Virus record (IMG/VR): IMGVR_UViG_3300021431_000002
Direction: 5' to 3' (one strand)
DNA: 64,000 nt
Source: a virus
Lineage: Duplodnaviria; Heunggongvirae; Uroviricota; Caudoviricetes
In this document: piece after piece, positions 20,601 through 29,470 of the stretch
Layout of the letters: each line of letters opens with the position of its first letter
How positions within the stretch are numbered: position 1 is the stretch's first letter
Program-made: the position numbers and the translations under genes
The notes under the pieces: generated by a model
Database searches by the model: none
Told to the model about the DNA's origin: nothing
The model's input: only the letters and a program-made list of their open reading frames with translations

Positions 20601-23517
20601 CCTTTATTGCGTAGAATTGTTCATTTGTAGGCTCTTTCGTCATATCAAGTATTCCGCTATTGACATCACATCTAATTGCTCCATGATTCATAAAATCAAC
20701 AACGTAGTTATAGCGATACTCGTCATTCCATATTTTTATCCCATTCTGTTTATAAACAGCTGCTATTTGCCTATGGTCTGTTTCTCTATAGCCATCACTT
20801 CCCAAATTCAACAATTTACCATCTGGAAGAATATATCCAGCTTGGCTTAATCTGCTAGTTAAGCCAAACTCTTCGATAGCCAAAGAAATAATATCATAAT
20901 TTTCTTTTGGTTGTTCTAAACCTTTTTCTCTTTCTTCTTTGTTATCTTCGTCAGTCCAAAGTTTAGTAATTTTATGGAGTTTATCATTTAATGCTGTATA
21001 TATCTTAATATCTTTTGGGTCTACACTTATTTCTGGGTGTGTCTTTTCCATCCAAGAGCTTCTATACCAGCCATCAAGTCCATATTTTTCTTTTCCTTGT
21101 TTCAAAAAATATTGTAGGTCGTAATTTGCCTTATTAAACAAATCGTCATATTTATTTTCTATTATTTGCGTTTTATTTTTTTTGCTTTCGTAGAAACGAT
21201 TTCCTTGAGGTTTTATCCCCTCATCAAAATATGCTAATATATCGTTTATAATTCTATTAGGGTTTGCATTTTTGTATTCTGCGCCACATATCATCTCTGC
21301 ATAAAATCTCCCCTCTTTATATGAGGCAATGTCCAAAAATAGGCTTCCATTAAATTCTATGATATGTTTTTTCAATGGTTTTATTTGCTCTTTCGTCGGT
21401 TTTTTAATTAATTCTATTCCTCCAAGGTTGCCAATTCTTATATTCCCTAAATTCAAGAATTTACCAACAGTCATGCCGTTTATTTTAGATATTTCATTAT
21501 GGTCTCTAAAAGTTATAACCTCACCATTTGTTAAAATATATGAACTATTCCCTTTGGTTTGTATTTTTTTGGCAATTGCATTAATATCCATAACTGCGCC
21601 AATTTCAGATGAATCGAAACTAACAGATTCATTGATGCTTAAACCATCTAATAGATTTTTATTTCTTGACTCATAATATTCATTTCCTTGTGGCTTTATG
21701 CCTTCTGAATAAAACCTGTCAATTTCTCCCATAACATATCTCCAATCTGGGTGCATATATTTTGCTCCAATGCTACTTTTTCCTTGGTATATATCCAAAT
21801 ATAATTCCTCATCTGCATAAGAAGCAATTACTCTTCTTAGCACGTCTCTTTGTTCGCTTGTTGGTTTGTCACCAATATCAATTGACTTGGGCAATACCCT
21901 AATATTACCCATTCTTATAAAATCAAATTTATTGTTTATGTTTGGTATCCTACATATTTCATTATGTTCTGTTTCCGTGTATACCACAACACCATTTGTC
22001 AAGATAAAGCCTCTACAATCCTTGAAGTAGTCGCCATGCCTTAGTAGTTTCATAGCCATATTGTTGATGCTATCTTTGTTACTCACATCCACGTCATCGC
22101 CAGAATATAAATTAACAGTTTCAAATGTACCACTGCCATCATTCATGCAAGTTTTTAAAATCTCGTTTTGCATTTTACTACCAAACATATCTTCTAATTC
22201 ATTATAATCCACGTAGTCACTACCGCATGTATGATAGGTCTCATTATCGAGATATTCTAGTTCAAACGTAACATTATCATTAATATATTCCATCAATGAT
22301 TCTTGCGTGTTCTCATATTCAGCCTCTTGTAGCCATTCTTGATATTCATCTTCGTCAAAATCCCAAGAATAATTGACCGCACCAATTTCAGACGAATCGA
22401 AACTAGCAGATTCATTGATATGATAACCGTTACCACCTACTGGTGGATTATCACTCTCAGCACCAATTTCATATTCATCCACTTCTGGTGCTGCCTCATT
22501 CATATTAAGCAGTTTCATGTCATCCTTATCAAAACCAACATATGTGTCATTGATATATTTCACAAAATCAGTTGGTGTCATCTCTGTATCACCATTATAT
22601 GATACTAAATAGACGCTTGTTATAGCGTTTGGCATTATGATGCCTCTATAGCCAACTTTCATATATTTCCTAGGGTCAGTGGGCTTAGTAATGGTTTGAG
22701 ATATTCTATCATATGTCAAACCCAATTCACCCATTCTGTCATTGTAAACAGAGTCATTTCTATCAATTGCATGGGCGTTGTAAACATCATAATCATATAC
22801 TATTTTATTGCTATCTATTTTGCTACCATCTATTTTTAGTACACATGGCTTATTAGCCCAAGAACCATAGCTTCTTCGACTCTTATGCTCGGCATACCAT
22901 TTAGCTTGTCTAAAATTACTAGACATGAACACGGTTTTATCATGTTTTATCTTATACAAACTTTTTTCTGGTTTCGCCCTTAACCCATTGCCCAATATAT
23001 CTAATGCATATTCAAATGTTGTTCCATGATACCACACTGTAGGAATTTTTTTACCTTTATTATGTAATATGTCATTCCTATCCAACTCTTTGCCATCAAA
23101 ATAGAATTTACTATTTGGCATGTCCTTAACAAATTGAAACAACTCATTTGAATTTAACACATCATAATTTTCGTTCTTGTTGATGTACACTTCATTTCCA
23201 CGAGAAACGTACCCAGTAATAAGATATGGTATAGAAGAGCCTAGGAAATCAACAAAACCATCAAAATTCATCCCAGCCTTATATTTGCTATTCTCATATG
23301 AATAGACAAAATCGCCTAGTTCATCTTGATGTCTATGAAAAAAATCATCTAGCAAATTCTTATTTTTATCATCAAAAAACAATAAATCACCACGATAAAG
23401 AATAAACCAGACATAATCATGGTCGGCAACCTTTGAGTTCTTGTCAACCATAAATTCATCCAATGCTTCTTTTAATACAACTAGTTTATCTTGATTTATT
23501 ATAACATTTTTACTCAT
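17653..23517 (-). CDS. Giant polyvalent polyprotein (~1950 aa): ART-like, 4x GYILPDG-type domain, Pol-beta nucleotidyltransferase, second ART-like domain
   Basis: Likely start MSKNVIINQ at 23517. Motifs WYHGTT..VFMSS; IILTGS...SDIDLHL...VELYVQ; WCIHFG..GYDFAF..YGDEAV. Domains are separated by INES, YYES, FYES, IVES and VTES. Confidence 0.75.
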   Translation of the reverse strand: MSKNVIINQDKLVVLKEALDEFMVDKNSKVADHDYVWFILYRGDLLFFDDKNKNLLDDFFHRHQDELGDFVYSYENSKYKAGMNFDGFVDFLGSSIPYLITGYVSRGNEVYINKNENYDVLNSNELFQFVKDMPNSKFYFDGKELDRNDILHNKGKKIPTVWYHGTTFEYALDILGNGLRAKPEKSLYKIKHDKTVFMSSNFRQAKWYAEHKSRRSYGSWANKPCVLKIDGSKIDSNKIVYDYDVYNAHAIDRNDSVYNDRMGELGLTYDRISQTITKPTDPRKYMKVGYRGIIMPNAITSVYLVSYNGDTEMTPTDFVKYINDTYVGFDKDDMKLLNMNEAAPEVDEYEIGAESDNPPVGGNGYHINESASFDSSEIGAVNYSWDFDEDEYQEWLQEAEYENTQESLMEYINDNVTFELEYLDNETYHTCGSDYVDYNELEDMFGSKMQNEILKTCMNDGSGTFETVNLYSGDDVDVSNKDSINNMAMKLLRHGDYFKDCRGFILTNGVVVYTETEHNEICRIPNINNKFDFIRMGNIRVLPKSIDIGDKPTSEQRDVLRRVIASYADEELYLDIYQGKSSIGAKYMHPDWRYVMGEIDRFYSEGIKPQGNEYYESRNKNLLDGLSINESVSFDSSEIGAVMDINAIAKKIQTKGNSSYILTNGEVITFRDHNEISKINGMTVGKFLNLGNIRIGNLGGIELIKKPTKEQIKPLKKHIIEFNGSLFLDIASYKEGRFYAEMICGAEYKNANPNRIINDILAYFDEGIKPQGNRFYESKKNKTQIIENKYDDLFNKANYDLQYFLKQGKEKYGLDGWYRSSWMEKTHPEISVDPKDIKIYTALNDKLHKITKLWTDEDNKEEREKGLEQPKENYDIISLAIEEFGLTSRLSQAGYILPDGKLLNLGSDGYRETDHRQIAAVYKQNGIKIWNDEYRYNYVVDFMNHGAIRCDVNSGILDMTKEPTNEQFYAIKDFVRKAVDVDIDFTDDKGNTLHSVSYSDAKPQAVVADIMRYYEDGIKPMGNVQYEANNNEKHIVENFDFEVDSSEIDLSSFKKKHELVPNIWKPDGKLDSRIRLKLLDIADDFWKYVNLTWVEPSGIILTGSICNFNWSQYSDIDLHLIVDFDEIDEKTEFVRDYLDAKKNEWNSEHSGLQIMGYQVELYVQNLGEMPESNGIYDLEENDWIKEPNPDDIKSIGLNKFSIKDKAAKIMTIIDDMYNALNATDDSHKIETIGDDAQYLWKKVKAMRKASLESNGESGAGNIVYKILRRTQYLDKLFRLFSVVYDRNNSIVESVESNNNVDVFALAKERFGVTNDIRECGYILPDGSMLDFSGRHMVTGNTDTSHLRGRRGVDHRDIGDLNWDADMTTKSGLNINMADFIRMGAIRIHCSNTWSSINLFKKPTREQVNPMLRLIQYSKGNVTVEIGDGDNSYEYAEWDEANSRRVVNDIIRYFDGETINLVGNVTESKVYDKSNSITESKSKKKKYTVYIDGKKDDTFSDMNWKRKPKVGKGFYYGGAVFKIKKVTDDSIYAIEESKFNDKEIIKEYLEKDYNLPLYKYFKWASTASSCEKARDLAYSCSCYIDEYIKKIYFRYSEFENLLNDGEFYYEDESLVEMFLNMLEENKLCDHFISIMQDIVNYYELPSWCTMNFNRIVKNEWCIHFGSDSESIAKEGFTGGTPEIEHLAYTNAGVQKSSAGYDFAFLIDDRNVDYNGYGDEAVIFRTSGVEIYHYGDNQNQVIFWGPNVKSFIPIHQDNGDWVVYGQNGQVLVRCGRPSEIALWATENLPQYRKQIMTGKNGYIPKQWVYNKELGKSKAIPYPIYRNESIKKYLTLLKENFINEEWVGDGNSEHNPYKKRWDAERKALKDFLSNYGKLMQSRENGKLYKCYYDKILSQLIGYNYCICIQWDNINMKPKSVLYIRALDKFTPNIKQVNFDARGHDNVMGSYDDLSYQQ

Positions 23518-23518
23518 A

Positions 23519-24715
23519 TCAATTTTCCTCTCCCCAAATTTTATTATGCCAAGATTTAGTTGAATTCTCGTATTCACTATCTAAATCATCAACATTCCAA
23601 GAATAATTTGTATATGTGTGCCAACATACTTTATATAGTCTAGATTTATATTGCTCCAATAAATTTTTATAGAACAAAACAACTTTTTCTTCAAAACTCT
23701 GTGGATTTGATGCATATAGTTTCAATACTTGTTTAGGATTACTCCTTTTATATAGTTTATCTTCGTTTATTGCTAGTTGGAAAGGTAAACTATATACCGA
23801 AGAAACTGGTTTCAACATACAACCCCTAAGATACTCTTGACTACAAGGAAAATCTTTAGCATTGTTCGCCAATAGATTAACCATTGTTTGCATGTATTCG
23901 TATTTTATTTCGTTATGCTTGAGAATTTTCGGCATTAATTCGTATTTAAAATAATCGATTTCGCTACCACTGTTTTTTATATAGTCAATATCTTTTCCAG
24001 AGGTTTCAAGTTTAATGAAATTAATTAATAAAGCAGATGCAGAAGCAATCCTTGAATTCATTTCACTTGTGGAAAACAAATACATGAAATCTCTAACATC
24101 ACTTTCGTTATAACTATTTACGTTTTTAATCCAATTTCTACCCATCACATCATCACTCTTATTTAACGTATGTGTAAGCTCATGGAGTACAATTGGTTGT
24201 ATTTCTTTGTATATATCGTATTCGATTCCAACACACCCTTCTAACGCTTGCTTGCTGTATTCGTATGCATCAAAATCGTCTTCATCTTCTTCATCATAGT
24301 AATTGTTTCCGTCACAAATTCGTTTCATATCGTTATATTCTGCAACAATTTTTTCTATCAAATAAAAATTGATAGAAATGGAATCTCCATCAGTTTCACC
24401 ATGATAAACTCCACCGTTCCTACTTGGTTCGTAGAATAGTTCATAAGAATATATTTCTCCTTCATACTCTATTTCATTTTCATAGGTATTTCCGTAGTCA
24501 TCATGCCAGCATTCAATCAATCTAATGTCACTGAAAATCTCATAAACGTCTTTAAAAGCAATTTGTCTTGCTATTTTGTCAGAAACAATAAACATAGTGT
24601 TATTAACCCCAGCAGATTCGCTGAGATTAATAACATTATTTTTAAGAACCCTATTAACTGATTCTTTAATTAAAGTATTAAGTTCGTTTTCAGTTAAACG
24701 TATAATTTTTTTCAT
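23519..24715 (-). CDS. RLTE-leader protein with zincin metallopeptidase motif
   Basis: MKKIIRLTENELNTLIKESVNRVL; IVLHELTH (HExxH) with a downstream Glu in SEMNSR. Confidence 0.7.
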   Translation of the reverse strand: MKKIIRLTENELNTLIKESVNRVLKNNVINLSESAGVNNTMFIVSDKIARQIAFKDVYEIFSDIRLIECWHDDYGNTYENEIEYEGEIYSYELFYEPSRNGGVYHGETDGDSISINFYLIEKIVAEYNDMKRICDGNNYYDEEDEDDFDAYEYSKQALEGCVGIEYDIYKEIQPIVLHELTHTLNKSDDVMGRNWIKNVNSYNESDVRDFMYLFSTSEMNSRIASASALLINFIKLETSGKDIDYIKNSGSEIDYFKYELMPKILKHNEIKYEYMQTMVNLLANNAKDFPCSQEYLRGCMLKPVSSVYSLPFQLAINEDKLYKRSNPKQVLKLYASNPQSFEEKVVLFYKNLLEQYKSRLYKVCWHTYTNYSWNVDDLDSEYENSTKSWHNKIWGEEN

Positions 24716-24721
24716 AAAAAC

Positions 24722-25039
24722 TTATCCTTTGCCATATGCCCACTGGCTCTTACCATTACCGCCACATTTGCAAATCTGCTGCCTAATGTCTGTGTAATTA
24801 GCACCATTTTCAGAAACGAATTGCTGAACCTCTTTGTATTCATTATCGTTTTCAGTTGGAAGACGGTCTTCATATCCAGTGATTTTCCAATCATTGGAAG
24901 AAAATGTCTTCATTCCATTATCAGAATATCCGTCCTTATCCAAAGATTCATTATATTTCTCCACATCTGTATAAAGCATCTGATTATCCATATCATAACC
25001 ATATCCCTCATACATATAATCTAAAATGTTAGTTACCAT
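24722..25039 (-). CDS. Hypothetical late protein
   Basis: 105 aa; TATTTATA upstream; YNES site. Confidence 0.55.
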   Translation of the reverse strand: MVTNILDYMYEGYGYDMDNQMLYTDVEKYNESLDKDGYSDNGMKTFSSNDWKITGYEDRLPTENDNEYKEVQQFVSENGANYTDIRQQICKCGGNGKSQWAYGKG

Positions 25040-25117
25040 AGTTCCAAATATTTTATATTTAATTATTTATTCTATAAATATTAACCAATAAAAAAAAGGT
25101 ATCAAACATTTGATACC

Positions 25118-25645
25118 TTATTCACAGTCTATACAAAAATCGGCTAAATTTCTCAAATCGCTGTTAAGGGCTTTTAACGATAAATCATCCCTACCCCACT
25201 TTAAACGTTTATATGGTACGTAGCATTCTTTTGGAGTATCATAGACAATTTCTTTACCTTCTATTTTTTCTAGTGCGAAATTAAGAAGTTTTTCTCGTTT
25301 AATGAAAATTATGTCAGTTAAAGTTCTAAATGCAATGTATTCTGCCTCCCCTTTTAACCAACCATTTTTTCCTCTTACATTTTGAATTTCTAACCAATGT
25401 ATTGTATCATCAAAATTCTTATCGCCTCTAGAAGATTTATTCAATCCCTTAACGTCTATACCTATCACACCTTTTTTAGGGCTTTTCCACCAGAAATCAA
25501 TATGCTTAAAAATATCTTCGTTCCTAGTTGACCTCCAACATTCACCGCCTAATGTTTTAGAAACAGCACCCATTACGAACTCTTCATCTATTTTCCCAAG
25601 TTCATAATATTTTTTAAAATCTTCATCTAATTTTTTTATAACCAT
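25118..25645 (-). CDS. Putative PD-(D/E)xK nuclease-fold protein
   Basis: E..F...EDIFKHIDFW...IDVKG...WLEI...GWL pattern. Confidence 0.5.
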   Translation of the reverse strand: MVIKKLDEDFKKYYELGKIDEEFVMGAVSKTLGGECWRSTRNEDIFKHIDFWWKSPKKGVIGIDVKGLNKSSRGDKNFDDTIHWLEIQNVRGKNGWLKGEAEYIAFRTLTDIIFIKREKLLNFALEKIEGKEIVYDTPKECYVPYKRLKWGRDDLSLKALNSDLRNLADFCIDCE

Positions 25646-26799
25646 TAGTAAAAAATTTCTTTTACTTTATCCACCCATCCGTGTCTTACTGCTGAAGAGT
25701 ATGCTGTAGATTCATTTTTTCTAAACTCTTTATATGAATTATATTTTTTTGCAAGTTCTATAACCTCATCAAGAGTCCAATATGTTCTTATATATGTAAA
25801 ATATTTGTTTTTTATTTTTTCAAATTCATTTTTATGATTCCTGAAATAATATAAAACTTTTGGATATTTTTCCTTCAATTCTTTAATTGTTTTACATTCT
25901 GAAGCTAATTTTTCACACTCTTCAAAAGTCCACATTTTTTTTGTCTCTCTTTGTGGTAGATTATCGTTCTCACCTATATATGAAAAGCCATAAATATGTT
26001 TTCTGCACCTATATGCAACAGTACTAAAGTTAATGCCTAATTTTGTCGCACAATCATCAACTGACTCATATATTACGTTATCAACTAATATTTTCTTTGA
26101 ACATGCTACATTCTTTTTTCCTAAATTTATTTTTCTTAAAATTTCTTTGGTTTTTTCAGAATGATGTCTCCCATAGAAAGGGTTTTTCTCCCCAATTCTT
26201 TTACTAACATTTTCAGATATTTTTTGTCGTAATTCTTTAGATTTTTCTTCTCCAAAAACCTCTTCAAATGTTTTACCTTTTATATAACTTTCATGGGTTA
26301 AATAATAATCTTTCCAGTGTTTAGAAACTTTTTCCCTTAACTCCTTTGACCATCTATGCCCATAATTCGGGTTTTTTTCGCCTTTTATTCTCTCTGATAA
26401 AGCAATTTTTTCTTCATCAGATAGGTTGGTATATCTTTCTTTAGATATTTTGCTTTGAAGTTCTCTAAATTCTTTATTTTTAGGATGATAACTAATCAAA
26501 TCTCCACCACATCCTTTTTTAGAAACATTATAAAGTTTGCCACTGTTCCAACAATAATTAATATATCTTTCTTCTAAAAGTCTTAATTTATCCTCGTTAT
26601 CAACTTCTATTTCTTTATATGTTAGTTCAAAGCTTTCTTTCCCATATTTCTCATATGCTCTCTGAAGATGAAAACAATGATGTTCTCCTTTTTTTAACTG
26701 TCTAAAATGTGCTCTCTTTCTCTTAGCAATATCTATAGTAGAACCTATATAGAACTTGCCATTTTCTTTGTTTGTAATTTTATAAATAAATCCTTTCAT
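25645..26799 (-). mobile_element. Free-standing GIY-YIG homing endonuclease with NUMOD3-like repeats
   Basis: GFIYKITNKENGKFYIGS..R..H..L; GEKNPNYG and GEKNPFYGRHHSEKTK repeats. Confidence 0.9.
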
Positions 26800-26858
26800 A
26801 TGAACTTCGTTTTAATATAAATAGTTAGTATAATTAAAATATAACCCATATGAAAGGA
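26791..26858 (-). promoter_or_regulatory. Start-codon-sequestering hairpin enclosing a late-promoter motif
   Basis: Perfect 12-bp inverted repeat TCCTTTCATATG (26791-26802) / CATATGAAAGGA (26847-26858); TATTTATA (sense) at 26816-26823 in the loop. Confidence 0.7.
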
Positions 26859-26882
26859 ATTTTCAAGTATTTTTGTTATTTT

Positions 26883-28079
26883 TTAACCAACATTTAAAGG
26901 AAATTTAATTACAGAATCTGGATAATAATCAACAATTTCAAAATCTTCATATTTGAAATCTTCAATAGATTTTTGATTACCATGTATAATCAGCTTTGGA
27001 ACAATATCAGAACCTTTCCTTGATAATTGTTCATTAATTCCACCCATGTGATTTAGATAAATGTGACAATCGCCAACACTATAAACCAATTCATCTGGAA
27101 TCATATTCACCAACTTTGCAATTATGTGCGTAAGTAGGGCATATTGTGACCAATTGAATGGAGTCCCACACATATAATCATTGCTGCGCATATTAAACAT
27201 ACAAGAAAGCCCATATTTTGGGATGCCATTTTCTTCTAGTTTTGCCTCTAATTCAAGTTTAGACTTTATTGATGCCCAAGGATTAGTAATCAATTCATAA
27301 GTTTCAATGTCGTTTGTTTTTTCTTTATAAAGTTCCCACCTTTCATATTTGGTCAATTCCCTTGTATAGAACTGAAACATCGTATGACAAGGTGGCAATG
27401 CCATATCCTCCAATTTAGCTGGGTTATATGCCACACAGAGCATTCTTCTATCATTTGGATTTTCTTTCAATGTTTTAATAACATTATATATCTGGTCGAT
27501 AGAAGTATCACCAAAATGTCTCCATTGTGCCCCATATATTGGTCCTAAGTCGCCAAATCTGTATTTATTTCCAAAGTCTTGCCATATTTCGACTTTTTGC
27601 AACGTTAGGTCTAAGAATTCCTCTTTTGTTATGTTTTGGAGCCAGTTTTGGTCATTTATTTTATTTTCATTTTCAATCCAATATTCATAATTAACTCTAC
27701 CCCTAACTGTATTAAATATATATGAGTCATCTTCATCTAGGCATATCATATATTGTTTTGGTTTGATTGTGTTTGCTATATTGGTTTTAAACCAACGATA
27801 TGCGTCATCGTCCCAAATATGAACTTTGTTCCGTACAAGATATTCGATATTCATAGCTCCGTGAGAGTTATATGGTCTTTGTAAAAACCACAATAATTCG
27901 TGTATAATGCCCTTTGTAAAAACTTTTTTTGTTGTAAGCAATGGTAAACCTTTTTTTAAATTGAATCTTAATTGCCTACCAAAAACGGATTTAACACGAC
28001 CAGCTCTAGTATCTTTTTCAACCCCATTGTTAAGAATGTCTTTCAATAAGTTCAAATATTGTTTATCAGTTTCAGTCAT
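26883..28079 (-). CDS. thyA: Thymidylate synthase with internal insertions
   Basis: PLLTTKKV, ELLWFL, DLGPIYGAQWR, ALPPCH, RSND, GDCHIYLNH. Confidence 0.95.
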   Translation of the reverse strand: MTETDKQYLNLLKDILNNGVEKDTRAGRVKSVFGRQLRFNLKKGLPLLTTKKVFTKGIIHELLWFLQRPYNSHGAMNIEYLVRNKVHIWDDDAYRWFKTNIANTIKPKQYMICLDEDDSYIFNTVRGRVNYEYWIENENKINDQNWLQNITKEEFLDLTLQKVEIWQDFGNKYRFGDLGPIYGAQWRHFGDTSIDQIYNVIKTLKENPNDRRMLCVAYNPAKLEDMALPPCHTMFQFYTRELTKYERWELYKEKTNDIETYELITNPWASIKSKLELEAKLEENGIPKYGLSCMFNMRSNDYMCGTPFNWSQYALLTHIIAKLVNMIPDELVYSVGDCHIYLNHMGGINEQLSRKGSDIVPKLIIHGNQKSIEDFKYEDFEIVDYYPDSVIKFPLNVG

Positions 28080-28575
28080 TTTTATCCTCTATTTTTTCTT
28101 CGTTATTATTTGGCGTATTTCCTTGATTCTGTGGCTGATTTTTTAAACTATCAATGTATTGCATAATTATTGGACTGTTGCCAATAAATTCGCCCATATT
28201 TGAAAGTTTATGTTTATAACAATTAGAAGATTCATCGTCATCAATTTCTTGTACCCATTTTTCAAAATTTTTATCCAAGTCTCTAATTATATTTGGTTTA
28301 GCCCTTTTCCTAACTTGATTTTCAATAAATTCTCCCCTTCTTTTTTTACTTGGGTAGAAAACGTCATAATCAATATTTTGTTCATTGAACAATTCCCTGA
28401 CATTTTCAGATGCTGGAATAAAAACAATATCATAATCGTCAACCACACCCATTACTTCATTAACGATACTATCTAAATTTACGCTGCTAGCATCAAATAT
28501 TTTCGCTTTATCGCCATAAGTGTTGTTTAAAAATGATTTACCGCATCCAATAAAACTGCTAATTATTATTCCCAT
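28072..28575 (-). CDS. P-loop kinase-like protein
   Basis: N-terminal IISSFIGCGKS. Confidence 0.55.
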   Translation of the reverse strand: MGIIISSFIGCGKSFLNNTYGDKAKIFDASSVNLDSIVNEVMGVVDDYDIVFIPASENVRELFNEQNIDYDVFYPSKKRRGEFIENQVRKRAKPNIIRDLDKNFEKWVQEIDDDESSNCYKHKLSNMGEFIGNSPIIMQYIDSLKNQPQNQGNTPNNNEEKIEDKND

Positions 28576-28724
28576 ACACTGTAGTCAAAATCTTTCATTT
28601 TAGAATGGTCTTCAAATAAACCCTCCAAATTATTTTCAATGCTAGAATTTGATTTTTCTCTCTTAATTCTGTTAAATATTTCCTTTTGCATTTCAAGTTG
28701 CATTTCCTTTTTCGTCTTGTCCAT
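28566..28724 (-). CDS. Small hypothetical protein (52 aa)
   Basis: Hand translation MDKTKKEMQLEMQKEIF...DYSVWE; fills the gap and overlaps both neighbours. Confidence 0.45.
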   Translation of the reverse strand: MDKTKKEMQLEMQKEIFNRIKREKSNSSIENNLEGLFEDHSKMKDFDYSVWE

Positions 28725-28998
28725 TTTTTTCTAACCTTTCTTTTAATCTAGTTAGTTTATAATCTTTTTCTGTTTCAAAGTCCTCATAATTCATTAATGT
28801 TGCAATCTGTTCTACCATAATAGAGACATCTGCAAGTTCAGTCATCACGTCATAATGGCTAGCCCTACCTCTTTTGAATCTACTTAAAGCAGTCAGCAAT
28901 TCTCCAACTTCCTCATAAACCATATTAACTTGCGCTTCTTCGCCCCATTTAGAAAGGGCTTTCTGATAAAGTTCTATCCTCTTATCTTTCTCCATCAC
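28693..28998 (-). CDS. MazG-like dimeric NTP pyrophosphatase
   Basis: EEVGEL...TELADV acidic helical motif. Confidence 0.75.
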   Translation of the reverse strand: MMEKDKRIELYQKALSKWGEEAQVNMVYEEVGELLTALSRFKRGRASHYDVMTELADVSIMVEQIATLMNYEDFETEKDYKLTRLKERLEKNGQDEKGNAT

Positions 28999-29470
28999 TT
29001 ATAAAATTTTTGCCTTCTGTGTAAAGTTGTTTACCAACCGCTTCCAATGCAGAGCATATTGTATTGAAACTAGCCTCAGATAATGTAACGTCTTTCTCAC
29101 AGATTATCTTATCTTTATTATCTTTCATTGTAAACTTTCCATTGTCATAAAAAACAAAAATGCCATCTTCCATGCGGAATGTCAACTCCCCATCTAGAGT
29201 TGCAAGGTCAGCATTTTCTAGCTTTTCATATTCATATCCCTTAGATTTAACGTACTCATTCAGTGCTTTGCCTTGGGAGGATGCATCACGGAATAAAAGG
29301 TAATCTCTTACGTCCACTTTATCATACTGGTATTGTGTGCCATTATTGAATACGACCTTTAATGTCTTCAATTCATTGTCATGGTCTATACATTCAGAAT
29401 ACCTAATATTGCTACTTTGATACCAAGTTTTGTCAGTATCATTTGCGTAAAAATTAAAAATTTTACTCAT
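28982..29470 (-). CDS. KTSC-domain protein
   Basis: SSNIRYS...LKVVFNNGTQYQYDKV...ASSQGK. Confidence 0.75.
   Translation of the reverse strand: MSKIFNFYANDTDKTWYQSSNIRYSECIDHDNELKTLKVVFNNGTQYQYDKVDVRDYLLFRDASSQGKALNEYVKSKGYEYEKLENADLATLDGELTFRMEDGIFVFYDNGKFTMKDNKDKIICEKDVTLSEASFNTICSALEAVGKQLYTEGKNFISDGER

Noticed and set aside
199-24797. Many plus-strand ORFs in the track (e.g. 199-486, 9063-9479, 10374-10931, 16007-16585)
   Set aside because: Antisense shadows of recognisable minus-strand genes, rich in S/F/I/L.
25645-28079. Group I intron in thyA carrying the GIY-YIG gene
   Set aside because: thyA reaches its normal C-terminus (KFPLNVG) before the endonuclease; no second exon follows.
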